Virus record (IMG/VR): IMGVR_UViG_3300000651_000003
Location: 1-64,000 of that record
Origin: a virus
Length of the DNA: 64,000 bases
Strand: one strand, 5' to 3'
Shown here piece after piece: positions 63,373 through 64,000 of the stretch. The notes beneath the pieces were generated by a model. It was not told where the DNA came from. It did no database searches and worked only from the letters and a program-made list of their open reading frames with translations. The position numbers and the translations under genes are program-made. Each line of letters starts with the position of its first letter. Position 1 is the first letter of the stretch.

Positions 63373-63628
63373 GCGCTTTCTGCGATAGCCACTGGGCTGC
63401 GCACTGCTTTCCGCAAAGGTGGCCGTCCGCCATCTGAGGTTGGAATTGTTCGATGTCTGCTGATACTACCACGTCCTGAGTAGGGTTCTTGCCCCACCTA
63501 AGAATCAGTACGCCTACAGACTCTCCTTCTGATTCAATCTCGAATCCTAGCCACCAACCGTTAGTAGGGCTGAGATATTTGGGTTTGCCACAAATATCGC
63601 ATTTCCATGGTTCGTCGATTTTAGCCAT
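63365..63628 (-). CDS. Small zinc-binding hypothetical protein
   Basis: CDICG...W...HLCG..C. Confidence 0.6.
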   Translation of the reverse strand: MAKIDEPWKCDICGKPKYLSPTNGWWLGFEIESEGESVGVLILRWGKNPTQDVVVSADIEQFQPQMADGHLCGKQCAAQWLSQKALG

Positions 63629-64000
63629 TGATCCTCCTTTGATTGTAGTAGCGCTGCACTTTGATCCACTCTTTAGCGAATGGGTCGCGGCCCCGTTTCT
63701 TCTTTACATTCCAGAGATAATCCCATACTTGAGTGTACAGACCACCGTTGTTACGGTCTTCGCAAATCGCCTGCCCACCAGCTACCGAGATTTTCTCTGC
63801 GTGTTTGGCTGACATGTGGTCATCAGCAAATGCACAGCCAAACGGTGATGTCTCATGAATTGTACAATGATTATCTTGGTCGAGAAATTTACAGGTAGTA
63901 GTTTGTGGTAGGCATGCAGGACGCAGGCTGCCAATTCTAAACGGCACTCCTGCTCTGACAGCGATGGCCCCGGGAGTTGCTTCTAGGTGATCCTCAGCAT
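63621..64000 (-). CDS. YkgJ-like Cys-cluster protein, probably 5'-truncated by the window edge
   Basis: CKFL....CTIH...PFGC. Confidence 0.55.
   Translation of the reverse strand, partial: AEDHLEATPGAIAVRAGVPFRIGSLRPACLPQTTTCKFLDQDNHCTIHETSPFGCAFADDHMSAKHAEKISVAGGQAICEDRNNGGLYTQVWDYLWNVKKKRGRDPFAKEWIKVQRYYNQRRING

Overview
The whole window looks like part of a tailed dsDNA phage genome (siphovirus-like, with a GTA-type tail tip). No integrase, tRNA, CRISPR array or reverse transcriptase was recognised. Layout: (1) 1-11.2 kb, leftward cluster of small accessory genes including an RNA-ligase-like gene and a Toprim gene; (2) a divergent control region at ~11.0-11.4 kb; (3) rightward RusA-like resolvase, 5'-3' exonuclease and lysis genes; (4) terminase, portal, a 1574-aa multi-enzyme MuF-like protein, protease/scaffold, capsid, neck and tail genes (18-53 kb); (5) accessory virion/surface genes (54.6-62 kb); (6) convergent dnaB. 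Two observations stand out. The first is a ~750-nt region (53846-54600) with no credible gene, packed with helices whose G-U pairs indicate a + strand large structured RNA. The second is a peptide tag, F-GGPGSG, repeated seven times in four head-region genes, where it punctuates a polyprotein of ADP-ribosyltransferase, ParB-like and kinase-like domains; it may be a processing or packaging signal for virion-delivered effectors. All family assignments come from motif recognition by eye, not from database searches.
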